64,000 nucleotides of DNA from an uncultured Dehalococcoidia bacterium (GTDB taxonomy: Bacteria; Chloroflexota; Dehalococcoidia; Lucifugimonadales; Australimonadaceae): contig OY282355.1 of the NCBI GenBank assembly GCA_958295525.1, positions 485,763 to 549,762 on the forward strand, read 5' to 3'. Position 1 is the first letter of the stretch. Every line of letters begins with the position of its first letter. Below are positions 10,016-19,914 of this stretch, piece after piece. The notes under the pieces were generated by a model, which searched no databases, was not told the DNA's origin, and saw only the letters and a program-made list of their open reading frames with translations. The position numbers and the translations under genes are program-made.

Positions 10016-12187
10016 GTGTCTGAGACAAATCATCGTCAACTGCGGAGGACGCCGGCGCGCTTATTTCGTTGGTCGCTGGCGGCGGCGCTGGGCTTCGCGG
10101 CCATTGCCGCCGTTGCTTGCTCCGGCGCTCCGCCCACTCCCACCGCCGCGCCGCCGCCTACCCCCACGCCGTCGCCCACTCCCACCGCCGCGCCATCGCC
10201 TACTCCTGCCGCCGCGCCATCGCCTACTCCTACGCTCACGCCTACCCCCGCGCCTACGCTGTCGGCCGACGCCACGCCTGCCCCAACCCCTACGCCGAGG
10301 ATCATAGCCTCGCTCGCCACGCCCGCAGACGTTGCGGTGGACGCCGCCGACAGACGGCTCGCCGTATCGTGGAGCCCGGTCGAAGGCGCGACGGGCTACA
10401 AAGTCGCGGCCAGGCTGAAGAACGGCGTCGAACCGTTCGCGTGGACGGAATACGAGGCGGCGTCTCCCCCGTACGTCTTTACGGACAATTGGGCGGCGAT
10501 GAGCGGGCTGGAGTACGAGGTTCGCGCCGCCTCCGTCAGCGCCGAAGGGCAGTCCGAATGGTCTGCCCCGGTTGCCGTGACGGCCCCTGAACTCCGCCAA
10601 GCCCCGGCCGGCGCACTTCATATTCGCCATCGCAAGGATTCGCTCGTGGTGGGCGACCTGTTGGGTGTTAGCGTGTTCGACCAGCGGCCGCTCACTCGCA
10701 GATCGCGGTACGTTTGGTCCGTATGCGGCGCGGACGGGGCGGAATGCGAACTATTGCCTCTTGTTGACCGCCTGTCTTACTCGCTCTTCGTTCCCGCCGC
10801 GGCGCGCGGGAAGCGCGTGCGGGTTCAGGTGGACTACGACAAAGACGGCGCGTCCTTCACCGCAACTGCGGTCGTGGGAGACATCAGCCCCGACGGGCCG
10901 ACCGTGAACTTGCCTGCGGGGTGCGAGGAAGCGGAGCCGCCCACCGGCGCGGACAAGTTCACGCCAGGCGACGATCTCGCTACGCATCTGCTCCTGCTGG
11001 AGTCGAAATCGGTTCCTGTCGAGTGGGACGATGCGCTCGGCGGAGCGGTTGAGCCTCTGTGCAACGACCTGTTGGTCGTGACGCCGTGGGGAAGAATAGC
11101 CCTCGCGCGTCCGAACGGGGACGTGGAGCCGGTTGAGGGGCAAGTTCCGATGAACTTGGAAGCCCTGCTGTCGCAGCCGGACCTAGCAACCCTCAGCCCC
11201 GACAGGTTCCGCGTCGCCGACGCACTGCTCAAGCAGCATACGGAAGAACGCTGGGAGTTGTTCGTCACGCATCACTATTTCACAGGGGAGTGCAACCTGT
11301 TCCGTTTATCCGCCACGACGATTCTTTTGGAAAGCGGGACGCCTTCCGTATCGCCGTCATGGAGAACGGTCTTTGACGCTGATCCTTGCTTGCCTCCTTA
11401 TGACTTCAGAGGGGATCGGGCCGGCGGCAGAATCTTGACGGACGGCCCCGACCATCTGTTGGTCGTGGTCGGCGACCACGGCTGGATACAGACGGGCACG
11501 GAGACCGATGCGGAGACTGGCGAGAACAGGCAAGTTTGGGCCGCTCAGGATCCGAACTCGCACTTGGGCAAACTCGTTCGGATCGCAATCGAGGCGGGAG
11601 AAGCGGATATGCTTGCTCTCGGTCTTCGGAATCCGCAAGGTTTCGCGCGAGACGGCAACGGCAACCTATGGGCGACGGAGCACGGGCCCCGAGGCGGAGA
11701 CGAACTGAACATCCTCGAACCCGGCGCCAACTACGGCTGGCCCATTGTAAGTTATGGGGCGCCATACGTCAGATACATCCCTTTCTCTGAAAGAGAGACA
11801 TTAGGCGCGCATGAAGGCTTCGCCAAGCCCCGCTTCACTTGGGTTCCTTCCATCGCCGTTTCGGCCGTCGCAGTGAACGACAAGCAATGGTTCCCTCTAT
11901 GGAGAGACGACTTGCTCATCGGTTCGCTGGGGCATCCCGAACTCGGGCGCTCGCTCTTCCGTGTCCGGCTCGACGGAACGGACGTTCAGTACGTTGAGCG
12001 CATTGAGGTGGGCTACCGCGTCCGTGACCTGACCTATATGCCGGATGGACGCATAGCCCTGCTCGCCGACGAGGGCCGCGTCCACTTCATAAGCCCCTCC
12101 TATGAGCCTTGCAACGACCGGACGGAGGAACGGAGGCGCCGGGAGTTCCTCATCTACGCGATCGCCTGCGGCGCCATAGGGCGCTAG
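10016..12187 (+). CDS. Lipoprotein: PT linker + FN3 + PQQ-type glucose/sorbosone dehydrogenase propeller (copy 1, no cytochrome c)
   Basis: Lipobox AVAC; FN3 (VSWSPVEGATGY..YEVRA..SEWS); GLRNPQG, EHGPRGGDELN, GANYGWP motifs. Confidence 0.8.
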   Translation: MSETNHRQLRRTPARLFRWSLAAALGFAAIAAVACSGAPPTPTAAPPPTPTPSPTPTAAPSPTPAAAPSPTPTLTPTPAPTLSADATPAPTPTPRIIASLATPADVAVDAADRRLAVSWSPVEGATGYKVAARLKNGVEPFAWTEYEAASPPYVFTDNWAAMSGLEYEVRAASVSAEGQSEWSAPVAVTAPELRQAPAGALHIRHRKDSLVVGDLLGVSVFDQRPLTRRSRYVWSVCGADGAECELLPLVDRLSYSLFVPAAARGKRVRVQVDYDKDGASFTATAVVGDISPDGPTVNLPAGCEEAEPPTGADKFTPGDDLATHLLLLESKSVPVEWDDALGGAVEPLCNDLLVVTPWGRIALARPNGDVEPVEGQVPMNLEALLSQPDLATLSPDRFRVADALLKQHTEERWELFVTHHYFTGECNLFRLSATTILLESGTPSVSPSWRTVFDADPCLPPYDFRGDRAGGRILTDGPDHLLVVVGDHGWIQTGTETDAETGENRQVWAAQDPNSHLGKLVRIAIEAGEADMLALGLRNPQGFARDGNGNLWATEHGPRGGDELNILEPGANYGWPIVSYGAPYVRYIPFSERETLGAHEGFAKPRFTWVPSIAVSAVAVNDKQWFPLWRDDLLIGSLGHPELGRSLFRVRLDGTDVQYVERIEVGYRVRDLTYMPDGRIALLADEGRVHFISPSYEPCNDRTEERRRREFLIYAIACGAIGR

Positions 12188-12280
12188 AATGGCGGCGCGG
12201 CGCTCATCGCCCTATGAGCGCGCTTTGGGCGGCAAGGCATTGCGTTGCATCAAATAGAACATTTGCACCAGGGGGTAACC

Positions 12281-15049
12281 ATGCTCCTCCGGCGGCGCGG
12301 GGGGCGCGCGTTCCGTTCTTGGCCGCTCGCCGCCGTGCTTGGACTCGCCGCCATTGCCGCCGCCGCTTGCTCCGGCGCTCCGCCTACTGCTACGCCATCG
12401 CTTTCGCCTACGCTTGCTGCTACGCCTACGCAAACCGCCACGCCATCGCCAACTCCTGCCCCTACGCTCACGCCTACTCCCACTGCTACGCCTACGCAAA
12501 CCGCCACGCCATCGCCAACTCCTGCCCCTACGCTCACGCCTACTCCTACTGCTACGCCTACGCAAACCGCCACGCCATCGCCAACTCCTGCCCCTACGCT
12601 CACGCCTACTCCTACAGCTACACCTACGCCAACCGCCACGCCGCCGCCTACGCCTACTCCCACCGCCGCGCCTACGCCGTCGGCCGACGCCACGCCTGCC
12701 CCAAGGCCCACGCCGAGGATCACAGCCTCGCTCGCGCCGCCCTCCGACGTCGCTGTGGACGCCGCCGACAGACGGCTCGTGGTCTCGTGGAGCATTGTCG
12801 AAGGCGCGACGGGCTACAAAATCGCGGCCAGGCTGAAGAACGGCGTCGAACCCTTCGCGTGGACGGAATATGATGCGGAGTCCTCGCCTTACGCCGTCAC
12901 GGATGGGTGGGCGGCGATGAGCGGGCTGGAGTACGAAGTTCGCGCCGCCTCCGTCAGCGCCGAAGGGCAGTCCGAATGGTCGCCTCCGGTTGCGGTGACG
13001 GCCCCTGAACTTCGCCCTGCCCCGCCCAACGCAATTCAGGTTGGCTCCGATGGCCCATACGTGGTGGGAGACTTTATGCGGGTCGGCGTAGGCAACCAAC
13101 GGCCGTTCACTCGCAGATCGCAGTACGTTTGGTCCGCATGCGGCCCGGACGGGCGCGAATGCGAATTGCTGCCTCTGGTTGCCCCCGCGTCGTATCTCTA
13201 CATCGTCCCCGCTGCGGCGCGCGGGAAGCGCGTGCAGGTTCAAGTGGACTACGACAAGGACGGCGCGTCCCTCACCGCAACTGCGGCGCTAGGGGTTGTG
13301 AGCGCCGATGCGCCCTCCCGGTTTCCGGAGCTCCCTGCTCCCGTGCTCCCTACTCCCGCGCTCCCGCCTGGGTGCGAAGAAGCGGAGCCGCTCTCCGTCG
13401 AGGACGTGTTCGAAACAGGCGACCCCCTCGCGACGCATCTGCATCATTTGGAATCGAAATCGGCTCCGCTCGAGTGGGACGCGGGGAAGGGCGGGGCCGT
13501 CGAGCCGTTGTGCAACGACCTGCTGGTCGTGACGCCGTGGGGCGGAATAATGCTCGTCCGCGCCAACGGAGACGTGGAGCGGATCGAAGAACAAGTCCCC
13601 ATGGGCTTGGAGCAACTCCGGGCCTTCTCCGACACGTTCCGCGTCGCCGACACCTTGCTCAAACAGCATTCGGAAGAGCGCTGGGAGTTGTTCGTCACGC
13701 ATCACTATTTCACAGGGGAGTGCAACCTGTTCCGTTTATCATCCACGACGATTCTTTTGGAAAGCGGGACGCCTTCCGTATCGCCGTCGTGGAGAACGGT
13801 CTTTGACGCTGAGCCTTGCTTGCCTCCTTATGACTTTAGAGGGGATCGGGCCGGCGGCAGAATCTTGACGGACGGCCCCGACCATCTGTTGGTCGTGGTC
13901 GGCGACCACGGCTGGATACAGACGGGCACAGAGACCGATGCGGAGACTGGCGAGAACAGGCAAGTTTGGGCTGCTCAGGATCCGAACTCGCATTTGGGCA
14001 AACTCGTTCGGATTGCAATCGAGGCGGGAGAAGCGGAGATACTGGCCTTTGGTCTCCGCAATCCACAGGGGTTCGCGCGGGACGCCGACGGCAATCTGTG
14101 GGAGACGGAGCACGGGCCCCAAGGCGGCGACGAATTGAACCTGCTGGAGCCCGGCGCAAACTACAGCTATCCTTCCGTAAGTTATGGAGTCAAATACGGA
14201 GGAATCGTCAATGCGCCGGAAGACGAGGACGTCGGCAAGCATGAAGCCTTCGCCCTGCCTCGCTTCGCATGGGTTCCCTCCATAGCAACCTCCAGCCTTA
14301 TTGTGAACGACGAGCGCTGGTTCCCCCTATGGGAAGACGACCTGCTCATTGGTTCGTTGAGCGGAGCCTCGGGAGGAGACTACGGCCGCTCGCTTTTTCG
14401 CGTCCGGCGCGTTGGAACAGACGTCCAGTACGTGGAGCGCATCAAGGTCGGCTACCGCATCCGCGATCTGACCCAGATGCCGGACGGACGCATAGCCCTG
14501 CTCGCCGACGAGGGCCGCGTCCACTTCATTACCCGATCAGAGGAGTATTGCGACGAAAGGTCGCGCCGGCTCCGGCTCGTCTACTCAGTCGGCTGCGGCC
14601 CCATCCCCGCGAACGCCGCCCCCGAGGATGACGCCCCAAGCGATGACACGCCGAACCCAGGAGGCGGCGCGGAGCCCGCTCCCGCCGACGGCGGGGACGC
14701 GGACGCCACAGCCGACGGCGGGAATGGGGATGCGGACGCGGACGCGGCGGCCGGCGGCGAGCAACTGTACGCAACGGAGTGCGCCGCCTGCCACAGACTC
14801 GACGCCGAGGAGCACGGGATAGGCCCGCATCTCGTCGGCGTTATCGGGCGGAGCGTTGGGCAGGTCGAGGGTTGGAATCTCTCAGAGGCGCTGCGCTCGC
14901 TCGGCGGCGTATGGACGCGGGAGAGCCTCGCGCAATTCCTCGCGGATCCCCAGGGGTTCGCGCCGGGGACGACGATGGGATCGCAGGGGTTCTCCGAATC
15001 GGAGGCGGGCGCCATCGCGGATTACATCGCCGGTCTGCGCGGCGAGTAG
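12281..15049 (+). CDS. Lipoprotein: PT linker + FN3 + PQQ-type sugar dehydrogenase + class I cytochrome c (copy 2, full architecture)
   Basis: Lipobox AAAC, same motifs as copy 1, plus CAACH, GPHLVGV and PGTTM of class I cytochrome c; RBS-like AGGGGG before ATG 12281. Confidence 0.82.
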   Translation: MLLRRRGGRAFRSWPLAAVLGLAAIAAAACSGAPPTATPSLSPTLAATPTQTATPSPTPAPTLTPTPTATPTQTATPSPTPAPTLTPTPTATPTQTATPSPTPAPTLTPTPTATPTPTATPPPTPTPTAAPTPSADATPAPRPTPRITASLAPPSDVAVDAADRRLVVSWSIVEGATGYKIAARLKNGVEPFAWTEYDAESSPYAVTDGWAAMSGLEYEVRAASVSAEGQSEWSPPVAVTAPELRPAPPNAIQVGSDGPYVVGDFMRVGVGNQRPFTRRSQYVWSACGPDGRECELLPLVAPASYLYIVPAAARGKRVQVQVDYDKDGASLTATAALGVVSADAPSRFPELPAPVLPTPALPPGCEEAEPLSVEDVFETGDPLATHLHHLESKSAPLEWDAGKGGAVEPLCNDLLVVTPWGGIMLVRANGDVERIEEQVPMGLEQLRAFSDTFRVADTLLKQHSEERWELFVTHHYFTGECNLFRLSSTTILLESGTPSVSPSWRTVFDAEPCLPPYDFRGDRAGGRILTDGPDHLLVVVGDHGWIQTGTETDAETGENRQVWAAQDPNSHLGKLVRIAIEAGEAEILAFGLRNPQGFARDADGNLWETEHGPQGGDELNLLEPGANYSYPSVSYGVKYGGIVNAPEDEDVGKHEAFALPRFAWVPSIATSSLIVNDERWFPLWEDDLLIGSLSGASGGDYGRSLFRVRRVGTDVQYVERIKVGYRIRDLTQMPDGRIALLADEGRVHFITRSEEYCDERSRRLRLVYSVGCGPIPANAAPEDDAPSDDTPNPGGGAEPAPADGGDADATADGGNGDADADAAAGGEQLYATECAACHRLDAEEHGIGPHLVGVIGRSVGQVEGWNLSEALRSLGGVWTRESLAQFLADPQGFAPGTTMGSQGFSESEAGAIADYIAGLRGE

Positions 15050-15268
15050 GCGCAACCGGCGCCTCGCCTCGCCATCGCTTGCGCGGCACGCCGGACGCGG
15101 CTAGGTCTCCAAGCGGCGGCAGCGCGGAGCCGCGACGCTCAGCGTTTGATCCACATACGGCAAAGAGCGCTAGAATGGCGGCGCGGCGCTCATCGCCCTA
15201 TGAGCGCGCTTGGGCGGCAAGGTATTTCCCGTTTGCATAAAATAGAGCATTTGCACCAGGGGATAACC

Positions 15269-17530
15269 ATGCTCCTCCGGCGGCGCGGCGGGCGCGCGTT
15301 CCATTCTTGGCCGCTCGCCGCCGCGCTTGGGCTCGCCGCCGTCGCCGCCGCAGCGTGCTCCGGCGCTCCGCCTACTGCTACGCCATCGCTTTCGCCTACG
15401 CTTGCTCCCACTGCTACGCCTACGCCAACCGCCGCGCCTACGCCGTCGGCTGACGCCACCCCTGCCCCCACGCCGACGCCGAGGATCATAGCCTCGCTCG
15501 CGCCGCCCTCCGGCGTCGCCGTGGACGCCGCCGACAGAAGCCTCGCGGTCTCGTGGAGCATAGTCGAGGGCGCGACGGGCTACAAAATCGCGGCCAGGCT
15601 GAAGAACGGCATCGAACCCTTCGCTTGGACGGAATACGAGGCGGAGTCTCCGCCCTACGAGATCCCGGATGGGTGGGCGGCGATGAGCGGGCTGGAGTAC
15701 GAGGTTCGCGCCGCCTCCGTCAACGCCGACGGACAGTCCGTATGGTCGCCCCTGGTTGCCGCGACGGCCCCTGAACTTCGCCCTGCCCCGCTCAACGCAA
15801 TTCATATTGGCTCCGATGGCCCGTACGTGGTGGGAGACCTTATGCGGGTCGACGTAAACGACCAACGGCCGTTCGCCCGCAGGTCGCCTTTCCTGTGGTC
15901 CGTATGCGGCGCGGATGGATCGGAATGCGAACTACTGCCCCTCGTTTCGTCCCCAACCTCTATCTACTTGGCTGGCGAATCCGCGCGCGGGAAGCGCGTG
16001 CAGGTTCAAGTGGACTACGATAAGGACGGCGCGTCCCTCACCGCAACTGCGGCGCTAGGGGTTGTGAGCGCCGACGCCCCCTCCCGGTTTCGGGAGCTCC
16101 CTGCTCCCGTGCTCCCTACTCCAGTGCTCCCGCCCGGGTGCGAAGAAGCGGAGCCGCTCTCCGGCGAGGATGTGTTCGAAACGGGCGACCCCCTCGCGAC
16201 GCATCTGCACTATCTGGAATCGAAATCGGCTCCACTCAGGTGGGATGCGGGGAAGGGCGGGGCCATCGAACCGCTGTGCAACGACCTGCTCGTCGTGACG
16301 CCGTGGGGCAGGGTCATGCTCGCGCGTTCGAACGGAAGCGTGGAGCCGGTTGAGGGGCAAGTTCCGATGAACTTGGAAGGACTGCAATCGCACACTGACA
16401 GCGCAGACTTTCGCCCTGACAGATTCCGCGTCGCCGATATCTTGCTCAAACAGCATTCGGAAGAGCGATGGGAGTTGTTCGTCACGCATCATTACTTCAC
16501 GGGAGAGTGCATTAGGTTCCGGTTGTCCTCTACGACGGCGTTCCTTGACGGCGCATCCGTTTCCGTGTCGCCGTCGTGGAGGACGATATTCGATGCGGAA
16601 CCTTGCATGGATCCCACATACTCGGGGGGACTTGGGGCGGGCGGGAGCATGTTGACGGACGGCCCCGACCACTTATTGGTCGTAGTGGGTGACCATGGCC
16701 AATTTGAAGCGCCTCAGAACCCCGACTCGCACTTGGGCAAACTCATCCGCGTCGCAATCGAATCCGGAGACGCGGAGATACTGGCCTTCGGCCTCCGCAA
16801 TCCGCAAGGACTCGCAAGAGACGCCGACGGCAACCTCTGGGAGACGGAGCACGGGCCTCAAGGCGGCGACGAACTGAACCTGCTGGAGCCCGGCGCCAAC
16901 TACGGCTATCCTTCCGTAAGTTACGGAGTCGACTACGGAGGATTCATCAATGTGCCGGTAGACGAGGCCGCGTCCGTCGGCGAGCATAAAGCCTTCGCCC
17001 TGCCTCGCTTCGCATGGGTTCCCTCCGTAGCAACCACCAGCCTTATTGTGAATGACGAGCGATGGTTCCCCCTGTGGCAAGACGACTTGCTCATTAGTTC
17101 GCTGGGAGGAGACTCCAACGGACGCTCGCTCTTTCGAGTCCGGCGTGTTGGAATAGACGTCCAGTACGTGGAGCGCATCAAGGTCGGCTACCGCATCCGC
17201 GACCTGGCCCAGATGCCGGACGGACGCATCGCCTTGCTCGCCGACGGAGGCCGCGTCCACTTCCTCGCCCGATCAGAGGAGTATTGCGACGAAAGGTCGC
17301 GCCGGATCCTGCGCGTCTACGCAGTCGGTTGCGGCCCCATCCCCCCGAACGCCGCCCCCGAGGATGACGCCCCAAGCGATGACGCGCCGAACTCAGGCGG
17401 CGGCGCGGAGCCCGCTCCCGCGGATCCGCAGGGGTTCGCGCCGGGGACGACGATGGGTTCGCAGGGGCTCTCCGAATCGGAGGCGGGCGCCATCGCGGAC
17501 TACGTCGCCGGTCTGCCTGCGCGGGAATGA
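15269..17530 (+). CDS. Lipoprotein: FN3 + PQQ-type sugar dehydrogenase with cytochrome c domain internally deleted (copy 3)
   Basis: Same family; keeps only the [10 protein letters not shown]...AIADY tail and has no CxxCH. Confidence 0.8.
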   Translation: MLLRRRGGRAFHSWPLAAALGLAAVAAAACSGAPPTATPSLSPTLAPTATPTPTAAPTPSADATPAPTPTPRIIASLAPPSGVAVDAADRSLAVSWSIVEGATGYKIAARLKNGIEPFAWTEYEAESPPYEIPDGWAAMSGLEYEVRAASVNADGQSVWSPLVAATAPELRPAPLNAIHIGSDGPYVVGDLMRVDVNDQRPFARRSPFLWSVCGADGSECELLPLVSSPTSIYLAGESARGKRVQVQVDYDKDGASLTATAALGVVSADAPSRFRELPAPVLPTPVLPPGCEEAEPLSGEDVFETGDPLATHLHYLESKSAPLRWDAGKGGAIEPLCNDLLVVTPWGRVMLARSNGSVEPVEGQVPMNLEGLQSHTDSADFRPDRFRVADILLKQHSEERWELFVTHHYFTGECIRFRLSSTTAFLDGASVSVSPSWRTIFDAEPCMDPTYSGGLGAGGSMLTDGPDHLLVVVGDHGQFEAPQNPDSHLGKLIRVAIESGDAEILAFGLRNPQGLARDADGNLWETEHGPQGGDELNLLEPGANYGYPSVSYGVDYGGFINVPVDEAASVGEHKAFALPRFAWVPSVATTSLIVNDERWFPLWQDDLLISSLGGDSNGRSLFRVRRVGIDVQYVERIKVGYRIRDLAQMPDGRIALLADGGRVHFLARSEEYCDERSRRILRVYAVGCGPIPPNAAPEDDAPSDDAPNSGGGAEPAPADPQGFAPGTTMGSQGLSESEAGAIADYVAGLPARE

Positions 17531-17592
17531 CGGAGCAAGGGGCGAGATTCCCGCCTGCGCGGGAATGACGGAGCAAGGGGCGAGGTTCCCGC
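17515..17592 (+). repeat. CGTC/dRS3-like palindromic repeat cluster
   Basis: ATTCCCGC-CTGC-GCGGGAATGACG units, partly truncated. Confidence 0.85.
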
Positions 17593-17765
17593 CGGACGCG
17601 GCTAGGTCTCCAAGCGGCGATAGCGCGGCGCGGCGCCCAGCGTTGATCCGCGAACGGCAAAGAGCGCTAGAATGGCGGCGCGGGTGATAAGCGCCCTATG
17701 AGCGCGCTGCGGGCGGCAAAGGGGGTCCGTTGCATAAAATAGAGCATTTGCACCAGGGGGTAACC

Positions 17766-19802
17766 ATGCTCCTCCGGCGGCGCGGGGGGCGCGCGTTCCG
17801 TTCTTGGTCGACGGCTGTTGGTCTAAGCCTCGTCGTCGTTGCCGCCGCCGCTTGCTCCGGCGCTCCGCCTACTGCTACGCCATCGCCAGCCCCTACCCCT
17901 ACGCCTACTCCCACCGCCGCGCCTACGCCATCGCCAACTCCTACCCCTACGCTTACGCCTACTCCCACTGCTACGCCTACGCCTACGCCTACTCCTACGC
18001 TCATTCCTACTCCTACCGCTACGCCGACGCCTACTCCTACGCTCATTCCTGCTCCCACTGCCGCGCCGGCGCCTACTCCTACGCTCATTCCTGCTCCCAC
18101 TGCCGCGCCGGCGCCTACTCCTAGCCCAAACCGATTCCCTGCGCCTACGTCTCTACTCAGGGAACCGCAACCAATGGCTGTTTGTCCTAACGTCACGCCT
18201 TACCTTAAGACGCCATCCGATGAGTCGGCGAATTCCTTGGTGGCGACGCATCTTTACGCGTTGGAAATGGACAAGGTTGACCTCGACCGTTTCCACGTAG
18301 GCGGCGGGGGGCTGGATAGCATGTGCGACGACCTATTGGTGGTGACTCCGTGGGGGAGAATTGCGCTGATCGACCAAGATGGACAAGCCAAGTATCTCGA
18401 AGGCAATGTCCCAATGAACTTGGAGGGCCTGCAATCGCACCCTGACAGCGCAGACTTTCGCCCCGACAGATTCCGCGTCGCCGATATTTTGCTTAAGCAG
18501 CATTCGGAAGAGCGATGGGAGTTGTTCGTCACGCATCATTACTTCACGGGAGAGTGCATTAGGTTTCGGTTGTCCTCTACGACGGCGTTTCTTGACGGCG
18601 CATCCGTTTCCGTGTCGCCGTCATGGAGGACGATATTCGACGCGGAACCTTGCATGGCTTCCACATCCAGGTATGGACATCAGGCGGGCGGGAGAATTTT
18701 GACGGACGGGCCTGGCCATTTGTTGATTGTAGTCGGCGACCACGGCTGGGTATTCGTAGACGACATCATCGCTTCTCAGCATCCCGACTTGCATCTCGGC
18801 AAATTGGTTCGAGTGTCAATTGAATCCGGAGAGGCGGATGTGCTGGCTATCGGCCTTCGCAATTCGCAGGGATTCGCCATAGACGCGGACGGCAACCTTT
18901 GGGAGACGGAGCATGGTCCTCAAGGCGGCGATGAATTGAACTTGCTGGAGCCCGGCGCTAATTATGGTTGGCATCATGTCACCTACGGCGTTCATTACGG
19001 AGGAACTATCAACGTCGAGAATAAGCACGAGTTGGGGGGACACGAGGGCTATGAGCGTCCCGCCTTCGCGTGGGTCCCTTCCATAGCAATCTCCAGCCTG
19101 ATTGTGAATGACGAGCAATGGTTCCCGCTTTGGAAAGATGACTTGCTTATCGGTTCGCTGGGCGATGTTGAAAACGGCCGCTCCCTCTTTCGGGTCCGGC
19201 GCGACGGGACGGACGTTCAGTATGTGGAGCGGATTCCCGTCCGCGCGCGGGTGAGAGACATTGCGCGGATGCCGGACGGCCGCATAGCCATCCTGTCCGA
19301 CGAGGGCAGCGTCCTTTTCCTGAGCCGTTCCTACAGGTACTGCGACGAGGAGTCCATCAAGCAAAGGAATGCCTACTCGGTGGACTGCGAAGAGTTGACG
19401 GCTCTTCTCGATGCAAGCCAATCCGACCCCCAGGAGAACGGGGGCGCCGCAGAGACGCCGGACTCAGGAGACGAATCAGGCTCCGGGGAAGCAGCGACGG
19501 CCACCGGCGCGCAACTGTACGCGACGGAGTGCGCCGCTTGCCACAGACTCGACGCCGAGGAGCACGGCATAGGCCCGCATCTCGTCGGCGTTATCGGGCG
19601 GAGCGTCGGGCAGGTCGAGGGTTGGAATCTCTCAGAGGCGCTGCGCTCGCTCGGCGGCGTATGGACACGGGAAAGCCTCGCGCAATTCCTCGCGGCTCCC
19701 CAGGCGTTCGCGCCGGGGACAACGATGGGGTCGCAGGGGCTCTCCGAATCGGAGGCGGGCGCCATCGCGGACTACATCGCCGGTCTGCCTGCGCGGGAAT
19801 GA
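17766..19802 (+). CDS. Lipoprotein: PT linker + PQQ-type sugar dehydrogenase + cytochrome c (copy 4, no FN3)
   Basis: Lipobox AAAC; [25 protein letters not shown] and CAACH motifs. Confidence 0.82.
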   Translation: MLLRRRGGRAFRSWSTAVGLSLVVVAAAACSGAPPTATPSPAPTPTPTPTAAPTPSPTPTPTLTPTPTATPTPTPTPTLIPTPTATPTPTPTLIPAPTAAPAPTPTLIPAPTAAPAPTPSPNRFPAPTSLLREPQPMAVCPNVTPYLKTPSDESANSLVATHLYALEMDKVDLDRFHVGGGGLDSMCDDLLVVTPWGRIALIDQDGQAKYLEGNVPMNLEGLQSHPDSADFRPDRFRVADILLKQHSEERWELFVTHHYFTGECIRFRLSSTTAFLDGASVSVSPSWRTIFDAEPCMASTSRYGHQAGGRILTDGPGHLLIVVGDHGWVFVDDIIASQHPDLHLGKLVRVSIESGEADVLAIGLRNSQGFAIDADGNLWETEHGPQGGDELNLLEPGANYGWHHVTYGVHYGGTINVENKHELGGHEGYERPAFAWVPSIAISSLIVNDEQWFPLWKDDLLIGSLGDVENGRSLFRVRRDGTDVQYVERIPVRARVRDIARMPDGRIAILSDEGSVLFLSRSYRYCDEESIKQRNAYSVDCEELTALLDASQSDPQENGGAAETPDSGDESGSGEAATATGAQLYATECAACHRLDAEEHGIGPHLVGVIGRSVGQVEGWNLSEALRSLGGVWTRESLAQFLAAPQAFAPGTTMGSQGLSESEAGAIADYIAGLPARE

Positions 19803-19906
19803 CGGAGCAAGGGGGCGAGATTCCCGCCTGCGCGGGAATGACGGAGCAAGGGGGCGAGATTCCCGCCTGCGCGGGAATGACGGAGCAAGGGGGCGAGATT
19901 CCCGCC
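19786..19906 (+). repeat. CGTC/dRS3-like palindromic repeat cluster
   Basis: About three tandem units with a ~40-bp period. Confidence 0.88.
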
Positions 19907-19914
19907 GGACGCGG

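Noticed and set aside
10016-19802. Diversity-generating retroelement or shufflon driving the array
   Set aside because: No reverse transcriptase or recombinase in the window; differences are not adenine-specific; all copies are co-oriented
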